Shown here: in pieces, positions 50,246-64,000 of the stretch
Position numbering within the stretch: the stretch's first letter is position 1
Layout: each line of letters opens with the position of its first letter
Assembly (NCBI RefSeq): GCF_037042905.1
Contig: NC_087245.1
Span: 33,296,001-33,360,000, forward strand
DNA from: Lytechinus pictus
Taxonomy: Eukaryota
Reading direction: 5' to 3'
DNA: 64,000 nucleotides
Notes under the pieces: model-generated
Told to the model about the DNA's origin: nothing
Databases searched by the model: none
What the model saw: only the letters and a program-made list of their open reading frames with translations
Position numbers and translations under genes: made by a program

Positions 50246-52780
50246 ATAAAACCTGTCAAGATTACTGATGGATCAATGTCTAAATATTAGAGTGGCTATC
50301 TCTTGATATTTTTTATTATAATAAAAGAAGATCTGCTTTTGATTATAGTCAGGGTTTGATGCGACACTGAAAAATCAACCTAAAAAACTGACATCATGCA
50401 ATGTTCTTCCCTCCTTTCTCTTGCTCCCATTCCAAACTCCTCAGCCTCACTTCACAATTTCGATATCACGGTGTCATGATCGTACTAGTGCCTACAGGGG
50501 AAAGGAAAACATCGTTTTACATCGATCGGTCACCAGAGCGAGCGCAAATACTTTAGTGAACACTGATTGATTGTACTAGGCCCCAAGTCTCTCGCATCGT
50601 CTGAATTCAACGTTTGTATCGGCGTAAGCCAACCCAACTGACGGTTCTCGAGATCTAGGACAAACCTCATCTTCACTGAAGCTCTCTCTTGAAGAAAGAA
50701 TGGAAATATAAATAACAAACTGGTTCACTAGCAGGTTTATTATGACGCTTGTTTTTTCAAGGTCAAATACATGTAGGAAGATCATTGAGGATTTATTAAT
50801 TTTGTTTTATCTTATTTCAAGATTAATATATATATATATATTGATAAATGTAACAAATGTTGAATTTAGAATAAAAATATTTACTATCATTGGTTATGAC
50901 ACTGTCAAAAATTTTGTGTTTCAAAATAGTGTTATTTCTATGTGCTTTATGTACATTTGATTGTGAATCAATAACAACATTTTCACACTTCATGTAGCTT
51001 TGCACTTAATATTTGATTAATTGCTTACATTTAATGATTTTTTTTTTCTTCATATTTTAGGTTAATATGAATTACTAAAGGATTTTTGAAGTTATAAAGA
51101 TTCGCATTTTGACAAACATATAGACAATCAGCTGTGAAAAGTATTTTTATGTCATTACAAACATCCCTCACATAATTTCATAGGCCTATATGAAAATTAA
51201 TGCATTCATGGTATTACACTAATAACAACTGATTATCATTCTAAAATTGAATTCACATACAAGATTCAAATCTATACTTGCACTGTTTACAGCTTTGCAC
51301 AGATGCTGCGGAAAAAAGGGGGAAAATAGGAAAAATCAATGCGATGCTACCAGAAAGGATTTCCGTGCCGCAAGGCTGGAAAATGTTAGCCGCATGACCT
51401 CAAAAGAGTGCACTGAATCGTTCGCTCGGCCGCTGCCACGCTGAGCTGATCACGGATAGTGCCTGAGGAGGCGCTTGTTTTCCTTGTGAAGTAGCCTGCA
51501 CTATCACACCAATTATGTATGTGATATGGAGGTGCATGGCTATCGCATGCCATTTACAGTCAATTGATGGCTTGTTGGAAATATGAGACAAGGGAGAATG
51601 AAAATATGAGATATCATCAGAACATGAGAAGGGATGATGTTTGGATATTAAATATAAAATGCAAAGTACAATGTGTTGAGGGTATGACAATCGAACATCA
51701 TCAGATGTCCTTCATATATGAGACTGCTCACAGCATAATTGAACATTTCAAGAATTGCTGGTAAAATATGCCATTTGAATATGAATGAAGTGGTTTCAAG
51801 TGGATGAAGTGAGCAAATGAAATCAATTATAAAAAAACAGGTATTAGAATTGGAATATAGCAGCTATGGAATATGCTACCTATCAGATTGTTTTCAGAAA
51901 TAGAAATAGGTCTGCATGAATTTCATTAAAAAAGCAAAAAAGCAAAGTCCCTCCACAATTTTCCCAGGCTTTCATTCCAAAAGATGGTGTGAAAACCCAC
52001 TTGACTTTTACCCCTTCCACTTACAAATTGTGACTGTCAAACACATCTTTGCTTTGATGTCAAAACTTTTGTTGACAGCTGTCCTCAAATTACTATTTAA
52101 CTTCTACTTATAAATTCAATTTCTGACTGTCTCAAGCAAACACCAATGTTTTCTTATTAGGTTATATGTTTGTATTGTATTGTATACATATCCATATTTC
52201 AGAGCTTGAACAGTAATAGAATGGTATCAAATATCAACAAATAAAAGCTTGGTCAAACAATAATACAATGGTATGTCCCTCTTGAATATCATCAAATAAA
52301 AGTAGCTTGGTCAAATGATATAAAGCCACCGATGTTGACCAAGTAATTTGAGCAATGGCCTCGGAAGGGACCATCAAGAGTGACCATGAATTTGGATTCG
52401 CATAGATATAGGAAAAAGACCATTTCGTTGAACCACTGATGCAGGTTTCCAAAAAGTAATTACTTTTGAAGGATAGAAAATGATTATTTGAAATTGGTCC
52501 ATATGAAATAAGTAAGTTCAAGGCTTTGGGAGAAAGACGTGATTGAGAAGCGTTTCCTTGACTGTGAATAGATGTATCTGAATTCCTGATGATGAAACAT
52601 TAGATATATCAGAAATAATCAGATGGCAAATTTTTCAATGATGCTCCTAATTTCAAAACAACTGTTACAATCTTTAAAAAGATTCTGTTAACAGAGAAGT
52701 AACCTTTCAAAATTAGACAAACATGATAAATATACTTATAAAATATAGAAATGGAGGGTGAGAAAGATAGAGAATGTGAG

Positions 52781-53249
<469 letters not shown>

Positions 53250-53441
53250 TTTCTTCTTCGGTTAGATTTTTTTTGGTTACTGACCTCAGTAAAATATAGG
53301 ACCTATATCATATATCTCAGATGTATTCCTCACCTGTATTGAATCTAATATTACAAGTTGTACCTTGGAAAATGATGCTTTTTGGGTGTTACCATCCTAT
53401 ATTGAAAAATGATACTTAGAGAATATCAAGTATACCCAGTT

Positions 53442-53490
53442 GTTGTGTGTCCGGACAGGTTGTGTGTCCGGACAGGTTGTGTGTCCGGAC
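53442..53490. repeat. Three tandem 16-bp units GTTGTGTGTCCGGACAG-like, with an inverted partner near 53643-53662
   Basis: Directly visible; probably the ends of a small MITE. Confidence 0.65.
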
Positions 53491-53723
53491 GATCAATTTT
53501 AGAAAGTCATTTGGAAAAATATAATTTTTAGTACAAAATGTTAAGAAATATTATAGAGAACAAAATAGAAGATGATTACAACTATTGAATTCATATTTTT
53601 AGTGTAATCCAAAGACAAAAAAGAAGGCTTCAAAAATGTAAAGTGTCCGGACACCCGACACCCCATCCTACTATCTCAATACAACATAAGGAGTTTCATG
53701 ATATTCCAACACAGAAACTTTGG

Positions 53724-54140
53724 CCCGAATTCACAAAGGTGGTTTTGAAAACCCACGGTTGAATCAATGGTTTATGCAGATTTTCTGTATCAATTACGCT
53801 TAATTTAGCGCGTATCAGGCGGGTGTATAAAAAATTCCAATGCTGATGCGCGCTTTTGTCACAGTGCGCCAAATTGATGCCTGTTACCATGGATAGATAC
53901 GCTATTTTATTCATGAGTCCACTGAAGAGCGGACTCATCAATTCAAAACAGTGTACTCATGAATAAAATAGCGTCGATAACCACGGCAGCAGGCGTCAAT
54001 ATGGCGCACTGTGACAAAAGCGTGCATCAGCATTGGACATTTTTAATATATGCGGTAAAATAAGCGTAATTTATACAGCAAAATCTGCATAAACCATGGA
54101 CTCAACCGTGGGTTTTCAAAACCACCTTTGTGAATTCGGG
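53724..54140. mobile_element. Long palindromic MITE
   Basis: Arms of ~190 bp starting CCCGAATTCACAAAGGTGGTTTTGAAAACCCACGGTTGA and its reverse complement. Confidence 0.88.
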
Positions 54141-55899
54141 TGTTTATGTCTGGGGTAGCTCATTAACCCCAAGTGTCAGCTCTTTTAATTGCAGTCATTA
54201 AAAATGGGGAAAGCTGACTACTGTTATCTTATTTTACTACTGTCATCATTTTACAAATAAACAGCAACTATATTTTTACCCTAATTAATACAATCTCATA
54301 TCGTATTGCTACATAATACTTTCCGCAAGAGTCCTGTCCAAATAATATACAAGTTGTCATAATTACATCAGTAGTTCAACAGCACACAATAATAAACCAA
54401 TATAATTAGAAAAAACAAGAAAAACCTACTTCTTACAACATAAATAATAAAACATTCAAATTATTCCCCCCCACACACACACACAAAAGGGGAAGCCAAA
54501 TATAAAGTGGAAAAAAATTACTTTAAAACAATCTTAAACTCATAAATATAATTCAAACCCCCAAAATCAGAATGAACTAAAAGCAAACTCCAAAATATTA
54601 AAGTTACACAGGCATTAAAATGACATTACCTTTTCATTCTTGAATATTTTCATTCAAATTATAGGTCTATATGCTATACAATTTCTTTCCATGGGGGATG
54701 ATAAGTGATTACCATATAAGATTACCATACCAGTCTCTGAAACAAAAGCAACTGAAGATAATGTTACATGTATCTGCAAAACCTTCAAGATTATGTAAAT
54801 ATGGTGATAATGCTGAGATTCAATATCCTACTGAATTATTGGAAATAGTGTATTGAAATACTTTAACATGATACTGTTATGCAAATTCTAACACCAATTT
54901 TTCTATTAAAGGTATTTTACACATGTCAATTCAGCACAGCACAACCATGGACATAAACCACTCCCTGTGGAGTATTCTATTGAGGGAGCAATTTCATTGA
55001 GTCATCAAGAGCCAACACAAAATTTTATTAATAAATCCTTCCAAAAAGGTCTAAAAGTCAAGCCTACAGTGCAAGTCTGAGGGCTCAATTACCCTCTAAC
55101 TGTAAGAGATTAGTTTAATCCCCTTAAGTAATTATTGATAACTGTCATATCTTAAGCCTCTCCAATACCCTTTCTTATCCCACTTGACTCTTGCATAGTC
55201 AGTCAACACCATAAGGGGACTACCATCAGGCTGGCCTGAGGTACAATGTGTTCAACAAAATGGCTAGAGGTTTTCAGAAATATCAATTTTGATCATTCCA
55301 AATTCAAATCTCATGTAATGAACAAATGGTCAGTATGAGTCTTGAATGGCATATTAACACTTCAAAATATCAAAAACTGTTCTGGAAAGTCTATTCTTAA
55401 GACAGATTATAGAAGGTTGGAAGACTACCAGTACCAATAAAATCAATGGGAAAAGAGATAACGAATAAACAAATGATTACATAACCAACGAAAGCAATTG
55501 TAAAAACATTTACACATAATCTTGAATGCCCTTTGCATGTCAACTTGTGATATGTAAAATATTCAGGTAGATTTTTTGTTGGTATTTTTCAAATTTGTGT
55601 TAAAAAATAAATACATGTATGCCAATAAATGCTAGAACTGGATGCTTGCATTGGCAATAATTCCTCGTGACACGAAACACAGGTAAAATTCATCAGAAAG
55701 AGGTCCGAGTATCAGAGATGGCCATTGACTTTTAAAATATGATTATTAGATTATTTACAGCATCTAGACTCTCAGAGGTCATCACATAATCTAATTTAAT
55801 AAATGGTATTTCACGCATCAGTGATAATGCATCTATATTGATTACATAAAACGAAGAATTTCATCTAGTACATCCCATTCTAAAATGGAAATTATCCTT

Positions 55900-56110
55900 T
55901 TATCTTTGCTATATATCTTTCTTTCCTCTGCATGCCTCTCTCCCTTTCTAATTCCCTTTCTCTCTGTGTGTCTCTCTACGTCTCTTTCTCTGTCTTTCTC
56001 TTCCGCTCTGTCTCTCTGTTTTTTCTCTTTCTCCATCTCTCTCTCTCTGTCTCTTTGTCTATTTGCCTCTCTCTCTCTCTCTTCCATTCTCAATCTCCAT
56101 CTTTCCCTAC
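55900..56110. repeat. (CT)-rich low-complexity tract
   Basis: Directly visible. Confidence 0.85.
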
Positions 56111-56565
56111 CTTCAATTTTTGAACAAGACAAAAACTATCTTTGATTCGGCAAAAAAGAGAGAAAATCACTTAGAAAAAAGATGAAGACACACATCTTTG
56201 TCTTCTAGCCTTCCGGAAATTGTGATTTGATGAAGACAATTTAATCTTGATGGGGTTTGGTGATAAACAGTGAGCAAACAATGCATTGTGTTTATCTAAT
56301 GACTCTTTCATTCATGATCTAGAATGACCAATGTACAGTGAGAATCAGTTAAAGAAATGGATGAGAACAGTATCAATAAACAACAATTGTTAGAAGAAAG
56401 AGAGGGGAAATGGATATTTAAATGCCATTATGCTTTGAACAAAATGAGACAATTCAAGAAAGAACATCCAGATTCTGTGACATAAACATACAGAAAGAAA
56501 ACAAGAGAGTGGGGACAGGACAGAGATACAGAGAGGGAGAAATAGACACCGTTCTCACTACCTTC

Positions 56566-57109
56566 CCCGGGGGGGGGGGGCCACTTACATTGACGAGTGG
56601 ATACCATGCGCAACCAAAAAAACACGTAAAAAGGATGTCTTTTTCATGATAGGGCACGTTACGTACGTAACGTGATAAGGGTGTCAAAAACACAAAAATA
56701 ATGAAAAAAGGGTATCTATTTCGCTAGGAAAGCTACGTGTTTAGGGTCATATTTGCGGGGATGATAAAACAAACTATGTTTTATAAAGGATGTCCTTTTT
56801 GCCCCAGCACTACGTGTTTAGAGTCCGATTTGCGCGAGGTGTAGAAGGTGCATTGGGCCGTACTAAACCAAATGGTGTGTATTAAAAGGTACCGACGACC
56901 CATCACTGTACTTGTTTAGGGGTTCATTTCAGGGAATACTTGCCAAGAGTATCGTTTTGTTTCCAATACTTGATAAGGGTAGGGTTTCAGACGCCAATAC
57001 TTATTAAGGGGTGCATTTTCAGAATTTGGAAAATACGTGTTTAGGGTGCTTTTCGAGACCCCGTGGTCGCGCATGGTATCCACTCGTCAATGGAAGTGGC
57101 CCCCACGGG
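56566..57109. mobile_element. CCCGGGGG-ended non-autonomous DNA transposon with 8-bp TSD
   Basis: TIRs GGCCACTTACATTGACGAGTGGATACCATGCG / CGCATGGTATCCACTCGTCAATGGAAGTGGCC; TSD CTACCTTC at 56558-65 and 57110-17. Confidence 0.9.
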
Positions 57110-58032
57110 CTACCTTCCTAAAACTAGTTTACTGGAAGCTAGTTTAGTGGAAACCAGTTTAACATGTAATGAGAACAGTTGAAGCGATCTTCCAAACCGG
57201 ATCATAAAACCACCTCGTGATGTAGTTTTGAAGATCGCTTTGCCTCATTAAACTGGTTTTACTTTTAGCGTAAGTGAGGACACAACCGTTCTTCGGCTAT
57301 TATGTCAATGCAAACTGACATAGTATCAAAACGAAGGGAAAACACACAGTCGTTGCCTCGCAGAAGGGCAGAAGGTTGCATGTGCGTAGTGATTTTCAAT
57401 TCCTGTGCAACTGGCATAAAGATTAGAGCTAGGATTGTAATAGAGTTTTTGGTTCAGAAAATGTAAAGATTAGTAATTATTTTTGGAGGTTAGGTTTTGT
57501 GTTTCGCTTTTAATGTGCAGACTTTCCATCAGAGCAATTGTCGCCAGAGCAAATGTCATGGAACCGGCATAAGGGCATTAGCTCAAATGTACGTGTAATA
57601 CACAGTGCACATAAGAGTTACTACCTACTGCCTAACCAACAGGAATAGGAATTGACCGAATGTATGCATAAATCCTAACACCTCTGCCAGCCAGGTGAGG
57701 ATTCATATATAAAAAAAAATTATATTTGACAAAGACTAATAGCTATATATACTATTTTTCTCAAAAGAAACACCACTACATTTCATACAATGGATTCACT
57801 TGATGACAATATGTACAGGACTAGAAGGTATGAATCCAATTTCTCTGAGCATTCAACCGAACACTGATTCTAATTATCTATTACATAATTGAATATTTGA
57901 TGTACATGCAAAGGTGGTGGAGATGAGATGGAAAAATTCATCCTTGATAACAATACAAACACTAGTAACTTGCAAGTACCGATACATATAAAAAGATAAA
58001 ATAAAACAATATAGAAATAATGAAATGTTTAC

Positions 58033-58200
58033 CAGTGTGAAGTCTTCTGCAAACTCCTGGCTCCAGTATCTGGGTTTTAGCGTGAAGAACTTCTCAACAT
58101 CTGGCGAAAAATGGACCACCTTCCGCGGTCTCCAATGTGAAATGCGTTCCAGTTCTCGTATTGCTGTATCCAAATCATAGCCTTGTTCATTATTCCTCAT
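58033..58200 (-). CDS. Candidate first coding exon (56 aa) of an unidentified minus-strand host gene
   Basis: ATG-initiated, protein-like sequence (MRNNEQGYDLDTAIRELERISHWRPRKVVHF...EDFTL) ending at phase-0 donor CTG|GTAAAC, where composition switches to AT-rich. Confidence 0.33.
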
Positions 58201-61200
58201 CGCTGCCTTGTCACATATAAAATATTACATCCAGACCACGAAGAGTACTATCTGACAACGAGACACTTCCAAATTGATTATTGCACAAATAAAAGCTATT
58301 CTCCACGATGCGCACTAAAACACTGCCAAATTGCTTGGCGGATTGTGCATTGTCCAATTTTACAAGCTTTTCACGGTCAGGGAAAGGTCTTTTTTGTTCG
58401 TTTTGACTGTTTGACTTTTCAATATGATTGCAGGGGTTGGCAAAGTGCAGAGAGTGGGGTTACAAGTATCTATGTGTCTTTTCACCAAAACAAATCCCAT
58501 GTCATGTTTCGCCTGGGATGCTTTTCGAGAGCTAAATACTGCTTCGATGTAATAGATTCTGACGAGATGACTCCAGTCTCATTCTTTCCATCATGCCCGT
58601 GCTCACAGTCTGCAGACGATTGTCAAATAAAATTTAAGGAACTGTTCGATGACATCTTTCATTCGTTCATCAAGGAGTTAAGTTTCATCTTGGAAATGAC
58701 AAGGTTTAAAAATAATGATCACGAATTGTATTATGAGCAGGTCTATGCAAACAGACATAATCATACACAATCCTCTTAATGAAAAAATATATAACAGAAA
58801 CATCTAGCTAACACAGCGAGAATAATGGAAGAAAACGTCATAGAATTATTAATCTCACATGATTGGCATGACAACCAGGCAACCAGGACATATCATTCAA
58901 CAAGCTTCAAAGACCCCTCTATAATTTTTATCATTATTTGAAAAATTTAACAAGATGATGATAACAATTAGCATCATGCACAAAAATTGAAGAGAAAGAC
59001 AACTGCCATGCCATGAAATAAATCCACTTTATTTCCTAAACGCCTTCACTTCCAAAGTCCTGATTTCTTGGAGACATCACAATGAAAGACTTGACTTTCC
59101 TGTGTAATAAGCCGAGATAATAAATTGCTTCCATAAATTCCTAGAACATACATGATCCAGATGCCAAAGTCAATGCAAGCGAAAAGATGTTGAAGCTACT
59201 ATATCTTAAAAATCCATGTAACAAAATTGAAAAGAAAATAATGAAAATATCGCCCAAAACATACCTCTCTCCTTAATTTCATCATGTTTATAGGGACAAT
59301 TATTTCTGATATTTGGGATATGAGTTCCTACAAAATCCATGATCTATGAAGGGGGGTATTATTTTATTACTAGATTCACCTTGTTAATGACATGAGAAAA
59401 ATGCATATTCCTCTTGATAAAAGATAAATTTGGAAATAAATCTGGATCACAGCTGCGATACATACTCCTGCTCTATAATCCAAATGCATTTTTAAAAAGT
59501 CACAAGCACTTTTTAGAAGGGGAAAAAATTGGTGCATACAGTGGAGAAGCTTTTTATGCTGTATTCTGTATAATCCTCTAGCACATGACACATCAAATGC
59601 AGATCTTGAAATAGACATATGTAGCTAAAAGTCGAATTGCAAAATTATCCACACATCACAAATAAAGAGAGAACACAATCAATTGCTACATGTTCAATGC
59701 TAAAATGAGCAACTTTGCTAGAGAATTTCAAACACACAAACTTTGACAAGATACTATCCGATTGCTTCCCAATGCCCAAATGGCATTGTTGATCATTTAA
59801 GATAGATTTAAAGCTCTTTTGAACCTCGACAGATGATACTTCTTGTGCCACTGCTTAGATATCCAGTATCAACTTCCAACATGGCTGTCCTTCGATCAAA
59901 GGATTCATTCCGATAGTCCACCGAACTACAAGAAAATCATTAGCCAGCTTTTCACTATCCTTAAGAAATATTAACAAGGATTTCCAGCAAAATCAGGCTG
60001 CTCTCAATCATCAGCCTTGCCACAAGATCCCTCCTTGATTCGGGCAGGAAACTCTAATCTTGGGGTCTTAATTTCAAAGTCAAATTCAATCTGGGAGTAC
60101 AATTAGACAAGAATGTAAGCAAAGCAAGTATTTATTTCTGTATCTGCATTTAATGTTTGTGTACTAAGAATAACACCATGCTGTGCCACCCTCAATCCAT
60201 TTATTCTCATTTGAAAATGTTATTCATTCCTCTAGATTTCTAACAATATAGCAATTCCCACTTTCCTTTGATAATGTGATAAAATGAAAATTGGGAATAA
60301 TGAAACGTCAATATGTGTATTGTGCTGATTTCAAGGGTACAACTAGAATTCAATATGCCTGATATCCGTCATGAATAGAACAATTTTGCACAGCTGGGTA
60401 GCAAATTTACAAATTTTGTAATGCTATAAGTATGTAATATTTTGCTTTGAAAATCTATTGAAAACTGTACTTGTAGGAGCTGATTATCTGTTTCATTTTT
60501 TATATACATTTAAAACTAATTGCACCTATGTAAATGTTTACTGCAATCAGACTAATATGATAAAAATTGTCTACTTTTTAACCATAAACCAATGTAGTAT
60601 ATTATATCTAAAAGTGAAAATGATTCTTTAAGTATGAACGAAAATGATAACAATGATAATAATGATGATAATTATGATGATGATGATGATGATAATGAGA
60701 ATGACTTTAAAATAATAAAGAGTTCTTCTAGAGCACTTCTGGGTGACAATCCGAAAGTTTCCAAAATTGTAAACAATGAATAATGGTAATGAAAATAATG
60801 TTGATAGTAAGACCCTCTGGAAATTTGTGTAAACATAGTGTGAACAAGTCGAGTAAATGGTTGTCAAGGTAGCAACATTGCTTTAAGCTATCCGTGTGGT
60901 CTCGATAAAATGGTTCTAATCCAATCCTATCTAGGTCCATTAATCATATTATCACAAAATGTCCAACATAGACATACACCCCCCCCCCCCTTCCCCCCAG
61001 GTCACAGTCACATGCAAAAACCATCAGGCAATAGATCAAGAACTCTATTCATCAGAAGATATTTAAAAGAATTTTAAGTAATGAGCATAAATTTAGAAAG
61101 CAAACAAGTCAGCCATTTTTTGATCAATTAGCAAGCAGACTGTGCCAATATATACAACTAGAATTGAACTCTAAAAAATGTACCGAGATGGCAAATATCT

Positions 61201-64000
61201 AATGTTTTGAATCTGTAGCTGGAATAATGACCCCATCCAATCTTGCTTCAAGTGCATTTAATCATAAACAAAAGACAATACACAATCATCTGTGTAACCT
61301 TCACATTTAGAGGTCCAAAGTGAGATGATCTATCTTTGGAGTATGACAAAAACATACAGATACTCCTAACTGCATAGACATTAAACCAGATAAAACATAC
61401 CTGATATTTTGAAGGTCAAGTGTCACACAATATCCAAAAGATAGGGTTCATAAAAAGGATGGAATACTATCAAATCATACAATATGATAAATCCACACAA
61501 GATATAAGTCACATAAACACCTAAACACATGTAACGATGTGACTACAGCCTCACTGCACTACGTCTATATCTGGTCAAGATAGTTATGATGTAGGCCTGA
61601 TTCCTACATTGAATCAGGGGTGATGGGCTAAGAATTGACTTGTCCTGTGCCTGTCGGCAATGTTTGAGAGATCATAATCCTGCAATATTCATCATAATAA
61701 AGCAGGATAACACAAGATGGATGAAAAAATGGATAAAAGGTGGACTGGAGATGGAAATGTACTTATCAATTTCCCTGTCTATTTTTCAACTAGTCTGGAT
61801 GTACAGACCCTAGCTCTTGCATTTCCTGAGGAAGGTGACGAGACACGATTGTGTCATACAAGTGCAGCATCAGCAAAATGACTATCAAAACACAGTACAA
61901 ATTTTACTGTTTATGTTTGGTACTTTTACAAAAGCTCTTTTAGGTACTCTTATGAAATAGAAGTCTTTGGCTTTGCCGCATACATGATTTAGCGACCATT
62001 TTCCTAACGCCCTTTCTGTTTCATCTCTACAGATATGGAATAATTTGTGTTTCATAATACATAAACGCAAACTGCGCTCTTAATGTGACGCCACTAAGAC
62101 GCATCAATCTTGAGATTGTACTCAACATCATGTAGTAATCACAGTTTTTTTTCATTCAAAGTCCTTTGAAACCTCCTATTCACACTACAGTTTTCATGAG
62201 ATATCACTTAGTGAGCACTACTAATTAATATTTTTTCATCCCAACAGTCACCGTACTGTTATACATTTTCTTAAAATAAATCTTTCAATTCTTAACTCCT
62301 GCGCTAACTTTTATGTCTTTTTTAAAGGAAAAAATTGTCAACTCGCAGGCCTTTCCTGATAATAAACATAAGTGGCTGCATATCATGAAATGCATTAATT
62401 GGGAGGAAAATACACTGAGCAGAACTCTGACTAAAGGCAACAGCTAAATCTATATCAAAGTGTTTTCGTAAGCTCCCATAAGTGACCCAATATTTCCTGA
62501 CAATGGTAATTCATGTCAATGATAATCATTTTGTTTTTATTAGGCCTATCTTGTAGCAATGTTTCAAAAGGTCTTGTTTGAGGAGACTACCACCATCTGA
62601 TCTGTCTATTCAGCATCCCAATTGAAGCTCAAGTCATATGGACTAAGGGGGGCTTTGTTGTCAAAGGGAGATGTCATACCAACTCTTTCATGAGGCTGTC
62701 CCAAGGAATCTTCCAAATTATTGGAGATATCTTCAGCTATTTCAATCATGCTAACAATGTTTCACAACACAGCGGAGGTAAAAGGCATTTTTGCATCCAA
62801 AATATCACCCAATTTTTTTAATATTTGAAATGAAAAAAAAATCATACTTGAGGCGAGATTTTCATCCTTAAAAGGATTCAATATGACATCCATTTAAAAA
62901 CAAAACATTGATTTTAATATAAACAATTTTGATACATTGATCATTGAGGGAATGGTCAATAATGATTCAAAATAATATTTTTTCTATTAAGGGGTGGGTG
63001 GGCATGGCACAGTTAAAACCTATATATTTGACTAAAATATTATGTAGACTTACATCTTCCATGAACAAGGAAATTTCACCAGTCATCTAAAAAAGAATTA
63101 TCCTTATTACTTCAAATTCTAATGTAAAGCTCTTCAATTAACAAGAAATTAAGATAAGAAGGAAAATACATCAAAAATTTTTCTAATCCATGAAAAAAAT
63201 AAGAAGCAAATCATTGGAAAGCCATCACCATCCTACAGGCAGAGATGCGTATATCCGTTGAGTGTTTTGATTCAGCACATGATCAAAGGGCAATCACCCC
63301 TTGGCCAATGAATGGACTGACTCGCAATATAAAGCACACGCAGAGTATACCATCCAATCATATCCAACACAAGATATTAACTCCTTTTGTCCACGACCTG
63401 TTCAATTACCGACCAATAAAAAGCATGAAAGTGAAGAGCGATTGCCTGCAAGCAATATAAAAAGCCTCCTCGACGATTGTTGTTTTGTTGTATCAAACAG
63501 ATGTAACTCATGCCATCAAACCAGTGTTCAAGCAAGTTCCAGTTTGTAAATACACACAGGCTCATGAGCATAAAATAAAGGAATGGTCAATTACCAACAC
63601 AACATATAAATATACCAGTCTGTTCAGCTATATTGGCGTAAATTCCAGCTTGTGCAATGTTGGACAGTATGGCAAATAAACAGAGGCAAATTAAATGCAG
63701 ACTTGACGATCAGCCCAAATGAAAATGGAAATTAAAAATGTAACACCCGTTCAGCTGGCATAATCCCAACGTTCTCCCAATGCTGAAGAAACGTGCCAAC
63801 CAAAAGTGAGCAGGCCCTTACCAGTGGCGATCGCAGCTGTGACACCATGATGATGCGTGAGATGGGAGTACGCATCACTGATTCCCCGTTAAACAAAGTA
63901 CACTAGGGCTGACACTGACCGATCATTTGGAGGATGAATGGGGACTGAGAGAGATGACAAAAATCTAGCACCTTTTCATATATGACATTTAATCATGAAA

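Noticed and set aside
58183..58779. 198-aa plus-strand ORF
   Set aside because: TTG start, no recognisable domain, random-looking composition.
59808..59926. Minus-strand acceptor followed by an open frame to a stop (SVDYRNESFDRR...KEL*)
   Set aside because: Short, with no homology evidence; such acceptor-plus-frame combinations are common by chance.

Overview
AT-rich, CpG-poor animal genomic DNA, densely packed with MITEs, SINEs and microsatellites. The repeat types look echinoderm/sea-urchin-like (inference, not verified). There is one convincing gene: an intronless 1096-aa LRR + Ig cell-surface protein (34472-37762, +). The main finding is its context, a three-level transposon nest. The gene lies between two same-orientation Helentron-associated (HINE/DINE-like) elements. 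That ~6.5-kb cassette (32732-~39219) interrupts, at a single point, the left TIR of an ~8.7-kb Academ-like non-autonomous DNA transposon (32489-41164, TTA duplication). That element in turn splits a small MITE whose intact relatives occur elsewhere in the window. Together this indicates the intact receptor ORF arrived as mobile cargo. Other content: a 5'-truncated CR1/L2-group LINE, a solo LTR, many TSD-flanked MITEs, and weak hints of minus-strand exons and splice sites of a large host gene. All alignments were done by eye; no database searches were possible.
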